DNA of 63,013 bases, the filler included, from Actinomycetota bacterium (GTDB lineage: Bacteria > Actinomycetota > Acidimicrobiia > IMCC26256 > VFJJ01): assembly GCA_009886115.1 (NCBI GenBank). It is 4 parts of 4 records of this genome, joined end to end, with 100 filler letters (N's around TTAATTAATTAA, not from the genome) between each part and the next. Parts side by side here need not be neighbours in the genome. Positions count along the whole stretch, not along the records: positions 1 to 21,440 come from VFJJ01000224.1; 3 more parts are not named here. One strand, given 5' to 3'. A program made the position numbers and the translations under genes. The notes below the pieces were generated by a model, which had not been told where the DNA came from, searched no databases, and was given only the letters and a program-made list of their open reading frames with translations. Shown here in pieces: positions 1 through 8,433 of the stretch; position 1 is the stretch's first letter; each line of letters begins with the position of its first letter.

Positions 1-2
1 CG

Positions 3-455
3 CGGTTGTCGGGCACGGGTCGTAAGTTGCGCCGGTTCCGGCCGCTCATCGCGGTGAAGGAGGTGGGGACGTGGATCGTGTCGGTCGCAGCGGCGCGCCT
101 GATCGCGCGGCGAGTGGGGCCCCAGCGAGCCTGCACGATGCGATACGAAGATTTCGTCGCCCACCCGGAGCGCGAGATGCGGACGATCCTGGGGTGGATG
201 GGGGAAGGGGATGTGGAGCCCCCGGCGGTCGAGGGAAGGTCCATCCGGCTCGAGCCGGTTCACCAGGTCTCGGGCAACCGGGTACGGACTCGTCACGGCG
301 ATGTCGAGCTCCGCCACGATCTGCGGTGGACGACCGATCTCGGTGCGCCCTCCCGCTGGCTCATCGGGGTGGGGACCGCACCCATGCGCCGACGCTACGG
401 GTATCTCTCCAGGCGGGCGACGGTTCGCGCCGCGTCTGACGGCGGGTCGGGCTGA
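3..455 (+). CDS. Sulfotransferase-family protein, C-terminal part (5' end outside window)
   Basis: RYEDFVAHP..EMRTIL and HQVSGNR motifs resemble sulfotransferase C-termini; frame is open to the window edge. Confidence 0.6.
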   Translation, partial: RLSGTGRKLRRFRPLIAVKEVGTWIVSVAAARLIARRVGPQRACTMRYEDFVAHPEREMRTILGWMGEGDVEPPAVEGRSIRLEPVHQVSGNRVRTRHGDVELRHDLRWTTDLGAPSRWLIGVGTAPMRRRYGYLSRRATVRAASDGGSG

Positions 456-514
456 ACGTCGCCAGCTCGCCGCCACGCTGCCGATAGGCTGACCGGGCTG
501 CGATGCTGCGCCTG

Positions 515-600
515 GGAGGGATGCCGGAGCGGCCGAACGGAGCGGTCTTGAAAACCGCCGGACGAGAGTCCCGTGGGTTCAAATCCCACTCCCTCCGCCA
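515..600 (+). tRNA. tRNA-Ser(TGA)
   Basis: Acceptor stem GGAGGGA/TCCCTCC, anticodon arm GCGGT-CTTGAAA-ACCGC, long variable arm, T-loop GTTCAAATC, encoded CCA. Confidence 0.96.
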
Positions 601-609
601 GTCGCCGGG

Positions 610-1440
610 TCAGGCGCCGAGGAACCCCGAGAGGGTCTCGACCTCGCGTGCGGTCTCTTCCAGCACCGACTTGACCGAGGCATCGATGCCCACGAGGGCC
701 AGGCCCTCGGTCACCGTGGTGAACGGCTCGTCGATGGGAGGCTCACCGGCCAGGGCCACAGCCAGGGATTCGCCGGCGACGATCATCCGACCGAGCTCGC
801 TCCCGCCACCGTCGGGCTCGTGGTGTCGGAACACCGCAGCCACGAAGTCGGCCGGGAACTGGAGAGCGTCGAGGGCCAGTGAGGCCATCTGGGGATGGTG
901 GGTCCCCAGTTCCTTGCGCTCGGCGTCGAGGTACGAGATGTGCTCACGCTCGGCCCGCAGCTTCACCCGTCCGACGGCGTGGGGCGCGTGACGGAACAGC
1001 AGGGCCTTGCCGATGTCGTGCAACAGCCCGGCGGAGAAGGCCTCTCCGGGCTGCACGCCGAGGTGACGGGCGACGACCGATGCTCCCGCGGCCGTGGCCA
1101 TGGAGTGGGCCCAGAAGTCCTTGGGCAACGGATGCTTCTGGTCGGCGAACAGGCCGAACGCCGCGCTCGCCGCAATGGCGCGGACCGTGGCGAAACCGAT
1201 GATCGTGACCGCCCGCCAGGCGCTACCGACCCGACGCGAGAGTCCGTAGTAGGGCGTGTTCGCGAGGCGGATCACCCGCATCGACAACGCGGGGTCGGTC
1301 TCGATGAGTTGGCCCAGCTCCCGAGCCGAGGCATCCGGATCGTCGAGGACCCGCAGCAGACGAGCGGCGACCGGCGATGCGATCGGGAGCTCGGTCAGGC
1401 CTGCGATGCCGATGGTCTGTTGCACGAGGGACCTCTGCAC
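610..1440 (-). CDS. HDOD-domain signalling protein
   Basis: IETDPALSMRVIRLANTPYYG, FWAHS and AGLLHDIGK motifs. Confidence 0.9.
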   Translation of the reverse strand: MQRSLVQQTIGIAGLTELPIASPVAARLLRVLDDPDASARELGQLIETDPALSMRVIRLANTPYYGLSRRVGSAWRAVTIIGFATVRAIAASAAFGLFADQKHPLPKDFWAHSMATAAGASVVARHLGVQPGEAFSAGLLHDIGKALLFRHAPHAVGRVKLRAEREHISYLDAERKELGTHHPQMASLALDALQFPADFVAAVFRHHEPDGGGSELGRMIVAGESLAVALAGEPPIDEPFTTVTEGLALVGIDASVKSVLEETAREVETLSGFLGA

Positions 1441-1476
1441 TCTCCACGTGCCTGCGCACGCGCCGTCCGGACAAGG

Positions 1477-1504
1477 GTGTCGGCCCGTCGGGCGGCAGTC
1501 TTGA
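1477..1504 (-). promoter_or_regulatory. Putative sigma28 (FliA/WhiG-type) promoter of the HDOD gene
   Basis: TCAA-N16-GCCGACAC on the minus strand, 36 nt upstream of the start codon. Confidence 0.65.
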
Positions 1505-1516
1505 GCTGATCGGATC

Positions 1517-2644
1517 TCAGGTCGGACGATTTGGGCGCTGCGGCGCCGGCGGGGCGGGGGCTGCGGGCCGGGCTGGGAACGCTGGGCGTGGCGGTGCGGG
1601 TGCGGGGGTGGTTCCGGTCTGGGGCCTCGCAGGGAATGCGGGCCGGGCCGGGGCCGGGGTGGGGGGCGGTGCGGGCCGTGTTGAAGGCGCGGGTGCGGCA
1701 GGCGTCGGCAGCTGCGGCCTCGCCATGGCGGCCACGGTTGCGCTCGGGGCCGGCGTAGCCGTCGCGCCCACCGTCACCGGCTGGTTCCGAGACCCCGAGA
1801 CCGGAGCCGCGCCGCGCAGCTTGTAGACGGCCGATTTCCCCAGCTGGACCCGCTCGAAACCCTCGTCGAGGTTGATGGTGGTCTCCGAGGCCCCGAGCAT
1901 GAGATACCCGTCGGGCCTGAGCAGCTTCTTGATCTTGGCCAGGATCTGGCGCTTGGTCTCGGTGTCGAAGTAGATGAGGACGTTGCGGATGAACACGATG
2001 TCGAGCGGCGGGAAGCTGGGCCAGGCCTCGATCAGGTTCATGGTCTGGAACCGGACCGCGTTGCGGACCTCGGGCTTGATGACCCAGTCGGCGCCGTCGC
2101 GTGTGAAGTACTTCACGAGCAGCTGGGCCGGAAGACCCCGGTTCACCTCGAGCTGGGAGTAGCGACCCGACTGACAGCGTTCGACCATCTCCTTGGAGAG
2201 ATCGGTGGCGTCGAAGGTCATCCGCCAGTTCTCGAGCTCGGGGAAGTTCGCCTTCAGCATCATGATGAAGCTGAACGGCTCCTGGCCGCTCGATGATGCG
2301 GCGCACCAGATGCTCAACGACTGCTCGCGAGCGCGTCGCTGGATCAGGTCGGGGATGATGGTGGTCTTGAGCGATTCGAACGGGTGGATGTCGCGATAGA
2401 ACGATGTCTCGTTCGTCGTCATCGCGTCCTTGACGAGCTCGCGGAGAGGGTCGTTGGGGCGGTTGCGGAGCACCCGGACCAGCTCGCTCAACCCGCCGGT
2501 GAGGCCAGCGTCCCGAGCCACCGGGGCGAGGCGGGTCTCGACGAGGTATTCCTTGCCCGGCTCGAGCACGATGCCGGCATCCCTGCGGACCATCTGCCGC
2601 AGGAAGTCGAAATCGGCTTGTGTCAGAGGGGTCGCGGCACTCAT
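1517..2644 (-). CDS. cheR: Chemotaxis methyltransferase CheR with Pro/Ala-rich C-terminal tail
   Basis: TTNETSFYRD, IWCAASSSGQEP, DIVFIRNVLIYFD motifs; ATG overlaps the cheB stop (ATGA). Confidence 0.93.
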   Translation of the reverse strand: MSAATPLTQADFDFLRQMVRRDAGIVLEPGKEYLVETRLAPVARDAGLTGGLSELVRVLRNRPNDPLRELVKDAMTTNETSFYRDIHPFESLKTTIIPDLIQRRAREQSLSIWCAASSSGQEPFSFIMMLKANFPELENWRMTFDATDLSKEMVERCQSGRYSQLEVNRGLPAQLLVKYFTRDGADWVIKPEVRNAVRFQTMNLIEAWPSFPPLDIVFIRNVLIYFDTETKRQILAKIKKLLRPDGYLMLGASETTINLDEGFERVQLGKSAVYKLRGAAPVSGSRNQPVTVGATATPAPSATVAAMARPQLPTPAAPAPSTRPAPPPTPAPARPAFPARPQTGTTPAPAPPRPAFPARPAAPAPPAPQRPNRPT

Positions 2645-3882
2645 GTTCGGGCCTCTGGGCTCGACATGGCTTGGCTGGATGTGGGTGCCCGGCGGCTCGT
2701 CATCGTGAGACGTTCGAGCGCTTCGTGGATGGAGTGCAGCGGAAGGACCTCGTCGGCGAGCTTGGCCTTCACGACGAAGCCCGGCATGCCCCACACGACG
2801 CTGGTGGCCTCGTCCTGGGCCAGGACGCGGCCGCCGACGGAGTGGACCGCCTCGGTACCGTGGAAGCCGTCGCTTCCCATCCCCGTGAGGATGACCGCGA
2901 GGACCCCGGCGCCGAAGACCTGGCTGACCGAGCGGAACAAGGGGTCGACGGCCGGCCGGCACGAGTTCTCGGGCGGGTCCTGGTTCATGGCCAGCTTGAC
3001 CGACGCACCCTCGCGTCTCACGGTCATGTGGTACTCGCCAGGGGCGACGTACACGGTCCCGGGATGGATCGCCATGCCCGGGGCGGCCTCGACGACCTTC
3101 ACCTTCGATCGGGTGTCGAGCCGCTCGGCCAGGAGCCGGGTGAAGACCGGGGGCATGTGCTGCACGATCAGGATGGGCACCGGGAAGTTCCCCGGCAGCG
3201 CCGGGATCAGCTCGCCCAGGGCGTTGGGTCCGCCGGTCGAAACCCCGATGACCACGATCTCGACGGGTGAGACTCGTCGTGTCGTGGTCCGATTCGCCCC
3301 GGTCGGAGCCGCTCCGGTCCGAGCAGATGCCGCACCACCCGGCAGAGCCGAGACCCGAGCTCCGGGGAGCGGACGGGTCGATGTCGGCGACCCGGGCCGT
3401 CCACCGACCGCACGCCCCGTCACCGGATGCGACGGTGGCTGTGCGCCGCCGGCGGCGCCGGAGCCCTTGGGGACGCCAGCGCAGAGGGCTTTGATCTTCG
3501 GGATGAGGTCTTGGCGGACCTTCTCCATGCTCTCGGTGATCTTGCCGGTGTTCGAGGGCTTGGTGACGTAGTCGCTCGCACCCCGCGAGAGCGCCTCGAG
3601 CGTCGACGACGCTCCACGTTCGGTCAACGTCGAGAACATGATCACCGGAAGCCGCGGGTGCGACTTGCGGATGTGGGTCAGGGTCTCGATGCCGTTCATC
3701 TCCGGCATCTCGATGTCCAGGGTGATCAGATCGGGGTGGCACTTCTCGAGCATGGCGAGCGCCAGCTTGCCGTTGGCGGCCGTTCCCACCACCTCGATGT
3801 CCGGATCGGATCCCAGGACCTTGACCACCAGACTGCGCACAACGACCGCATCATCGACGACCAGCACCTTGATCTTGCTCAT
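2641..3882 (-). CDS. cheB: Chemotaxis response regulator methylesterase CheB
   Basis: N-terminal receiver (VLVVDD, LDIEMP, KP) plus methylesterase motifs GVSTGGP, QHMP, LTGMGSDG. Confidence 0.95.
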   Translation of the reverse strand: MSKIKVLVVDDAVVVRSLVVKVLGSDPDIEVVGTAANGKLALAMLEKCHPDLITLDIEMPEMNGIETLTHIRKSHPRLPVIMFSTLTERGASSTLEALSRGASDYVTKPSNTGKITESMEKVRQDLIPKIKALCAGVPKGSGAAGGAQPPSHPVTGRAVGGRPGSPTSTRPLPGARVSALPGGAASARTGAAPTGANRTTTRRVSPVEIVVIGVSTGGPNALGELIPALPGNFPVPILIVQHMPPVFTRLLAERLDTRSKVKVVEAAPGMAIHPGTVYVAPGEYHMTVRREGASVKLAMNQDPPENSCRPAVDPLFRSVSQVFGAGVLAVILTGMGSDGFHGTEAVHSVGGRVLAQDEATSVVWGMPGFVVKAKLADEVLPLHSIHEALERLTMTSRRAPTSSQAMSSPEART

Positions 3883-4003
3883 CGCCTCAACTCGTCTCGT
3901 CGGAAGGGGGTGGTCGTCGACCGTCGACCGGAGGGCTGGTGCCAGTCCCGTCGGCGCCCACCGGTTGCCGGCGCCCAGGAGATCTGTGGTCGATTCCGCC
4001 ACA

Positions 4004-4031
4004 GCATCGGGCGTTTCGGCGCCCGGCTTGA
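4004..4031 (-). promoter_or_regulatory. Putative sigma28-type promoter of cheB-cheR
   Basis: TCAA-N16-CCCGATGC on the minus strand in the divergent intergenic region. Confidence 0.55.
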
Positions 4032-4056
4032 GAGGTCTCCGCCGGACAGAAACCGA

Positions 4057-4084
4057 TCAAGCTCGCCCCGATCGCGTCCGACAC
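4057..4084 (+). promoter_or_regulatory. Putative sigma28-type promoter of cheY-cheX
   Basis: TCAA-N16-TCCGACAC on the plus strand upstream of cheY. Confidence 0.55.
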
Positions 4085-4164
4085 TCAGCCGATGGAGAAC
4101 TGCTCCAGGCGACCATCGTCTCCCCTCGGGACCGGTCGTCACATGGCGAGGACAGGAGCGACCC

Positions 4165-4533
4165 TTGCGTGCACTGGTGGTCGACGACTCTCGAGCGATT
4201 CGGGCCGTGCTCAAGAGAATGCTGGGTGAGCTCGGATTCCAGACGGCCGAAGCCGGCGACGGCCGTCAGGCCCTCGACGTGCTCGAGGAGGCGGGTCAGT
4301 TCGACATCGTGCTCGTCGACTGGAACATGCCCGAGATGAACGGGCTGGAGCTGGTCAAGGCGGTGCGGACGCTGTCGAGCTTCGACGCCATGCCCATGCT
4401 GATGGTCACGACCGAGAGCGAGATGGAGCGGGTCATCGAAGCGCTCACCGCCGGCGCCAGCGACTACCTGATGAAGCCCTTCACCAAGGACGCCCTGCTT
4501 TCGAAGCTGGAGATCCTCGGGGTGGTTGGCTGA
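4165..4533 (+). CDS. cheY: Single-domain response regulator CheY
   Basis: ALVVDD, LVDWNMPEMNG, MVTT, KPF motifs; TTG start after AGGAG. Confidence 0.9.
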   Translation: MRALVVDDSRAIRAVLKRMLGELGFQTAEAGDGRQALDVLEEAGQFDIVLVDWNMPEMNGLELVKAVRTLSSFDAMPMLMVTTESEMERVIEALTAGASDYLMKPFTKDALLSKLEILGVVG

Positions 4534-5012
4534 TGGGTCTCACAGGTGACCTTGAGCGGGTGCAGTGCCTCGACAGCACACAGCTGCTCGACGTGTGCAC
4601 CTCGGTCTGGAACGACATGCTGTCCCTGATCGTCGAGCCCGCCCCGCCGTCGTTCGGCCCGGCCCGCAACGGCTCGCTCATCGGGTGCGTCCAGATCCTC
4701 GGTGGGTGGGAGGGCGTCCTGACGCTCCAGACCTCGCCACGCTTCGCCCGGTTGGCCGCCGCGGTGATGTTCGACATCGAGCCCGCCGCCGTGGCCCCTG
4801 ACGAGATCATGGACACGCTCGGCGAGCTCACGAACATGCTGGGCGGTACCGCCAAGGCCCTCCTCCCCGGGCCCTCGATGTTGTCGCTGCCGACCGTGGC
4901 CGAGGGTGATTCGTACAGCATGACGTTCCCGGGAGCCGAGATCGTCGCCCGGGTCGATGCATCGTGTGCCGGTGAGCCGCTCGTCGTGGCGCTGCTCACC
5001 CGACGCAGCTGA
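4533..5012 (+). CDS. cheX: Chemotaxis phosphatase CheX
   Basis: DTLGELTNMLGG (ExxN) and LSLPTV motifs; start overlaps the cheY stop. Confidence 0.88.
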   Translation: MGLTGDLERVQCLDSTQLLDVCTSVWNDMLSLIVEPAPPSFGPARNGSLIGCVQILGGWEGVLTLQTSPRFARLAAAVMFDIEPAAVAPDEIMDTLGELTNMLGGTAKALLPGPSMLSLPTVAEGDSYSMTFPGAEIVARVDASCAGEPLVVALLTRRS

Positions 5013-5052
5013 TCCGTCACGCCAGCCCCTGGCGTGGGCAGACTTGCCGGCG

Positions 5053-5934
5053 ATGGACGTCCATCTGGTCGACGGCACCTACGAGCTCTTCCGCTACTTT
5101 TACGCCCTCCCGTCGCACGTGACGGCGTCGGGCCGAGAGGTCGGGGCGGTGCGCGGCGTGTTGGGCACGGTCCTCCAGATGCTCGAGGAAGGCGCCACCC
5201 ACGTCGGTGTCGCCACCGACCACGTGATCGAGTCGTTCCGCAACGAGCTCTGGGCGGGCTACAAGACCGGAGCCGGTATCGACCCGGCGCTCTGGTCGCA
5301 GTTCGGCCTCGTCGAGGACGCGCTGGTCGCCATGGGTGTGGTCGTGTGGCCCATGGTCGAGTTCGAGGCCGATGACGCGCTCGCGGCCGCAGCGGCCCAG
5401 GCGGGCGCCGATCCCCGAGTCGATCGGGTGGTCATCTGCACACCCGACAAGGATCTCGGGCAATGCATCGAAGGGACCCGGATCGTCCAGCTCGATCGGC
5501 GCAAGAACACCGTGATCGACGAGGCCGGCGTCTGGGAGCGCTTCGGGGTCGGGCCGGCTTCGATCGCCGACTACCTGGGCCTCGTCGGCGACAGCGCCGA
5601 CGGTTTCCCCGGTCTGTCCGGGTGGGGCGCCAAGTCGGCGGCGACGGTCCTGGCCCGGTACGGCCACATCGAGGACATTCCCGACCTCGCGTTGCACTGG
5701 GACGTCGAGGTGCGGGGCGCGGTGAAGCTGGCCACGACCTTGGCCCAACAGCGTGAGCTCGCCGTGCTCTTCCGGTACATCGCGACCGTTCGTACCGACG
5801 CACCCGTCCCCGAGACCGTCGACGACCTCCGGTGGCGAGGTCCCCACGCCGAGTTCGCGGCCCTGTGTGCCACGCTCGACGCGCCTCGCCTGGCCGAGCG
5901 GGCCTCGAGGCTCGCCGGTCCTCGACGAACCTGA
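5053..5934 (+). CDS. Stand-alone 5'-3' exonuclease / flap endonuclease
   Basis: LVDGTYELFR, FEADD, TPDKDL and H3TH motif LVGDSADGFPGLSGWGAKSA. Confidence 0.9.
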   Translation: MDVHLVDGTYELFRYFYALPSHVTASGREVGAVRGVLGTVLQMLEEGATHVGVATDHVIESFRNELWAGYKTGAGIDPALWSQFGLVEDALVAMGVVVWPMVEFEADDALAAAAAQAGADPRVDRVVICTPDKDLGQCIEGTRIVQLDRRKNTVIDEAGVWERFGVGPASIADYLGLVGDSADGFPGLSGWGAKSAATVLARYGHIEDIPDLALHWDVEVRGAVKLATTLAQQRELAVLFRYIATVRTDAPVPETVDDLRWRGPHAEFAALCATLDAPRLAERASRLAGPRRT

Positions 5935-5935
5935 G

Positions 5936-6637
5936 TCACCTGCCTCCGACGCACAGCGTCCTGGGGTAGTCGGGCACGGTGACGCTTCGCGATCCGACCG
6001 GGCAGACCGCGCCCAGCGACTGGTCGACCGTGGCGCGGATCCTTGCCGTTTGGCGATCGCTGCAGTCGACGACGCCGACCCGGGACGCGTCGATGACGAG
6101 GCACCGACCGACGGGTGAGACCCCGGTCGACAGCGGCTCGACACGGTCGAAGGTCGCGATGGGCTGCGGGCCGGCATGGGCGCTCACCACGACGAGTGCG
6201 ACGATCACGAGCGCGATCACCCCGACGATGCAGCGGTGGACCCAGCGAGGGACCGACAGCACCCCCGAGTCGACCCACTCGTCGTCGTCGTCATCGTTCG
6301 CGTCGATCTCGAATCTGTCGTCGTCGCTCCAGCCCGTCTCGGGCTCTTCACCGGAGAACCGTGCGGGATGATCGTTGGCCGCGCGGAGACGCTCGGCGGC
6401 CGTGCGACGGTCGACCGCCAGGCGTTCGTCGTACATCGCCCGGCTCTCGGGGTTGCCCAGCACCGACCACGCCGCGTTCAGCTCTTGCATCGAGCGCTCG
6501 GCGCGGGCCTGGTCGGCCGAGCCGGACGTCGCATGCGCATCGGGATGGCACAACCGCGCCCGCGCCCGGTAGGCGCGCCGCAGTTCGTCGTGGCCGGCCG
6601 TTTCCGGCGTGCCGAGCACCTCGTACCACGACGGCAT
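5936..6637 (-). CDS. J-domain membrane protein
   Basis: N-terminal J domain (YEVLG, HPD, LNAAWSVL), one TM helix, Cys-containing C-terminal domain. Confidence 0.85.
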   Translation of the reverse strand: MPSWYEVLGTPETAGHDELRRAYRARARLCHPDAHATSGSADQARAERSMQELNAAWSVLGNPESRAMYDERLAVDRRTAAERLRAANDHPARFSGEEPETGWSDDDRFEIDANDDDDDEWVDSGVLSVPRWVHRCIVGVIALVIVALVVVSAHAGPQPIATFDRVEPLSTGVSPVGRCLVIDASRVGVVDCSDRQTARIRATVDQSLGAVCPVGSRSVTVPDYPRTLCVGGR

Positions 6638-6694
6638 CAGGCACGAGTGTGACGCACCCGGAGATGGTTCGCCCGCTCGCTACCGTGAACACCG

Positions 6695-8386
6695 ATGCAA
6701 ACGACACCCGACCGACCGCTCGAGCCTTCCGCCGATCTCGCCATCGGCGCCTTCACCGACGTGGGGCCGTGGGTCGTCGATCCTGCCCGGTGTGCCTGGC
6801 TCGAGGGCGTCTCCGAGGAACGGGCGCGGCTGCGCCGCGAGCTCCCTGCCCTGCTGCGCCCACCCCGGGTGCCGCCCCTGGGCCCGATCGTGGGAGCCGT
6901 CGGCCACGTCGGACGGGCCCTGATCCCCTGGTATCTCGATGATCGTCGCCGGGGCCGTGAGCGTTCTCGGGCCGGTCTCTCGAGACGTCTGCGACAGGCG
7001 TTCGAGCGCCTCGGAACCACGTACATCAAGCTGGGTCAGATCGTCTCCTCGGGCGAAGGCCTGTTCCCCGAGGAGCTCGTGTCCCAGTTCAAGCTGCTGC
7101 GCGACCAGGTACCGCCGGAGCCGTTCGATGCTGTGCGGCGGGTCGTCGAGGAGGACCTGGGCCGATCGCTGGAAGCGACGTTCTCGTCCTTCGATCGGGT
7201 GGCGCTGGCGTCGGCCTCGATCGCCCAGGTGCACGCGGCCACGCTCCTCACCGGTGAGGACGTGGTGGTCAAGGTCCAACGCCCGCAGGTGTCGCGGCGG
7301 GTGCGCCGCGACATCGGGGCCCTGGCCTGGCTGGCGCCGCACCTCGTCGGCCGCATCCCGGTGGCTGCTCTGGCGAACCCTCCGGCGCTGGTGGAGCTGT
7401 TCGCCGAGACGATCGTCGAGGAGCTCGACTTCCGTCTCGAGGCCGAGAACATGCTCGACGTCGCCCGGGTGCTCGCGGTCACGAACCAGCGGACGATGGT
7501 CGTCCCGCGCCCCCATCCGACGCTCGTCACCAAGCGGGTGCTGGTGATGGAACGTCTGTCGGGATTCGCATACGACGATGTCGACGCCATGCGGGCGGCG
7601 GGCATCGACACCCACGCGCTCGTGCGGGCCGGGCTCATCTCGTTCATGGAAGGCGCCATGCTCTACGGCGTCTTCCATGGCGACCTGCACGGCGGCAACC
7701 TGTTCGTCATGCCCGACGGCCGAACAGCGCTGCTCGACTTCGGCATCACGGGCCGGCTCGACGAGTCGCGCCGCCTCGCGTTCCTCCGGCTGCTCGTCAC
7801 CGGGACGGCCGGCGACATGCGCAGCCAGCTCGGGGCCCTCCGAGACCTCGGCGCGTTCCCGGCCGACACCGATCTCGACGCGGTCATCGTCGACCTGGGG
7901 CTCGACCAGCCGGTGATCGACCCAACCACGCTCACGGCCGACCAGCTCACGGGCGAGCTCAAGGAGCTCACGAAGAAGCTGTTGGGCTACGGCGCCCGGA
8001 TGCCCAAGGAGCTGATGCTCTTCGTGAAGAACATGGTGTTCCTCGACGGCGCCATCGCGCGGCTGGCGCCCGATCTCGACCTGCTCGCCGAGATCGTCAA
8101 CGTCCACTTGTACTTTGCGCAGACCCATGGGGAGCGGATCGTGCGCGAAGCCGGTCTCGACCCCACGCTCGCCGGGACCGTCGACATCGACTACGTCAAG
8201 GCGTCGATGGGGCTCACCGCTGACGTGCAGACGTTGACCTACCACGACGTGCGGGAACGGCGCGACGTCATCAAGCGCCGCATGGAGGAGGCCCGGGCCC
8301 GCTCGAGCCGCAAGGCGTCCCGATCCGGACGTGCCCGCCGACGTGCGTGGTCCAACCTCCGCCGTCCAGGCCGGCGCGCTCGTTAG
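6695..8386 (+). CDS. ABC1/AarF/UbiB family atypical kinase
   Basis: YIKLGQ, ASASIAQVH, VVVKVQRP, FHGDLHGGN, LLDFG motifs. Confidence 0.93.
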   Translation: MQTTPDRPLEPSADLAIGAFTDVGPWVVDPARCAWLEGVSEERARLRRELPALLRPPRVPPLGPIVGAVGHVGRALIPWYLDDRRRGRERSRAGLSRRLRQAFERLGTTYIKLGQIVSSGEGLFPEELVSQFKLLRDQVPPEPFDAVRRVVEEDLGRSLEATFSSFDRVALASASIAQVHAATLLTGEDVVVKVQRPQVSRRVRRDIGALAWLAPHLVGRIPVAALANPPALVELFAETIVEELDFRLEAENMLDVARVLAVTNQRTMVVPRPHPTLVTKRVLVMERLSGFAYDDVDAMRAAGIDTHALVRAGLISFMEGAMLYGVFHGDLHGGNLFVMPDGRTALLDFGITGRLDESRRLAFLRLLVTGTAGDMRSQLGALRDLGAFPADTDLDAVIVDLGLDQPVIDPTTLTADQLTGELKELTKKLLGYGARMPKELMLFVKNMVFLDGAIARLAPDLDLLAEIVNVHLYFAQTHGERIVREAGLDPTLAGTVDIDYVKASMGLTADVQTLTYHDVRERRDVIKRRMEEARARSSRKASRSGRARRRAWSNLRRPGRRAR

Positions 8387-8433
8387 CATCCGCACAATGC
8401 AGGCAGCTTCCTAAGCCGGTCAACCCGTCAGCC

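Noticed and set aside
515..600. Selenocysteine or suppressor tRNA because TGA appears in the anticodon loop
   Set aside because: Anticodon TGA reads the Ser codon TCA; tRNA-Sec would have anticodon TCA and a longer acceptor stem
1517..3742. 741-aa ORF suggesting a long CheR fusion
   Set aside because: The N-terminal half is an off-frame overlap with cheB; the real cheR start is the ATG at 2644
515..5012. tRNA-anchored genomic island carrying che genes
   Set aside because: No integrase, no duplicated tRNA 3' end seen, and no obvious composition shift
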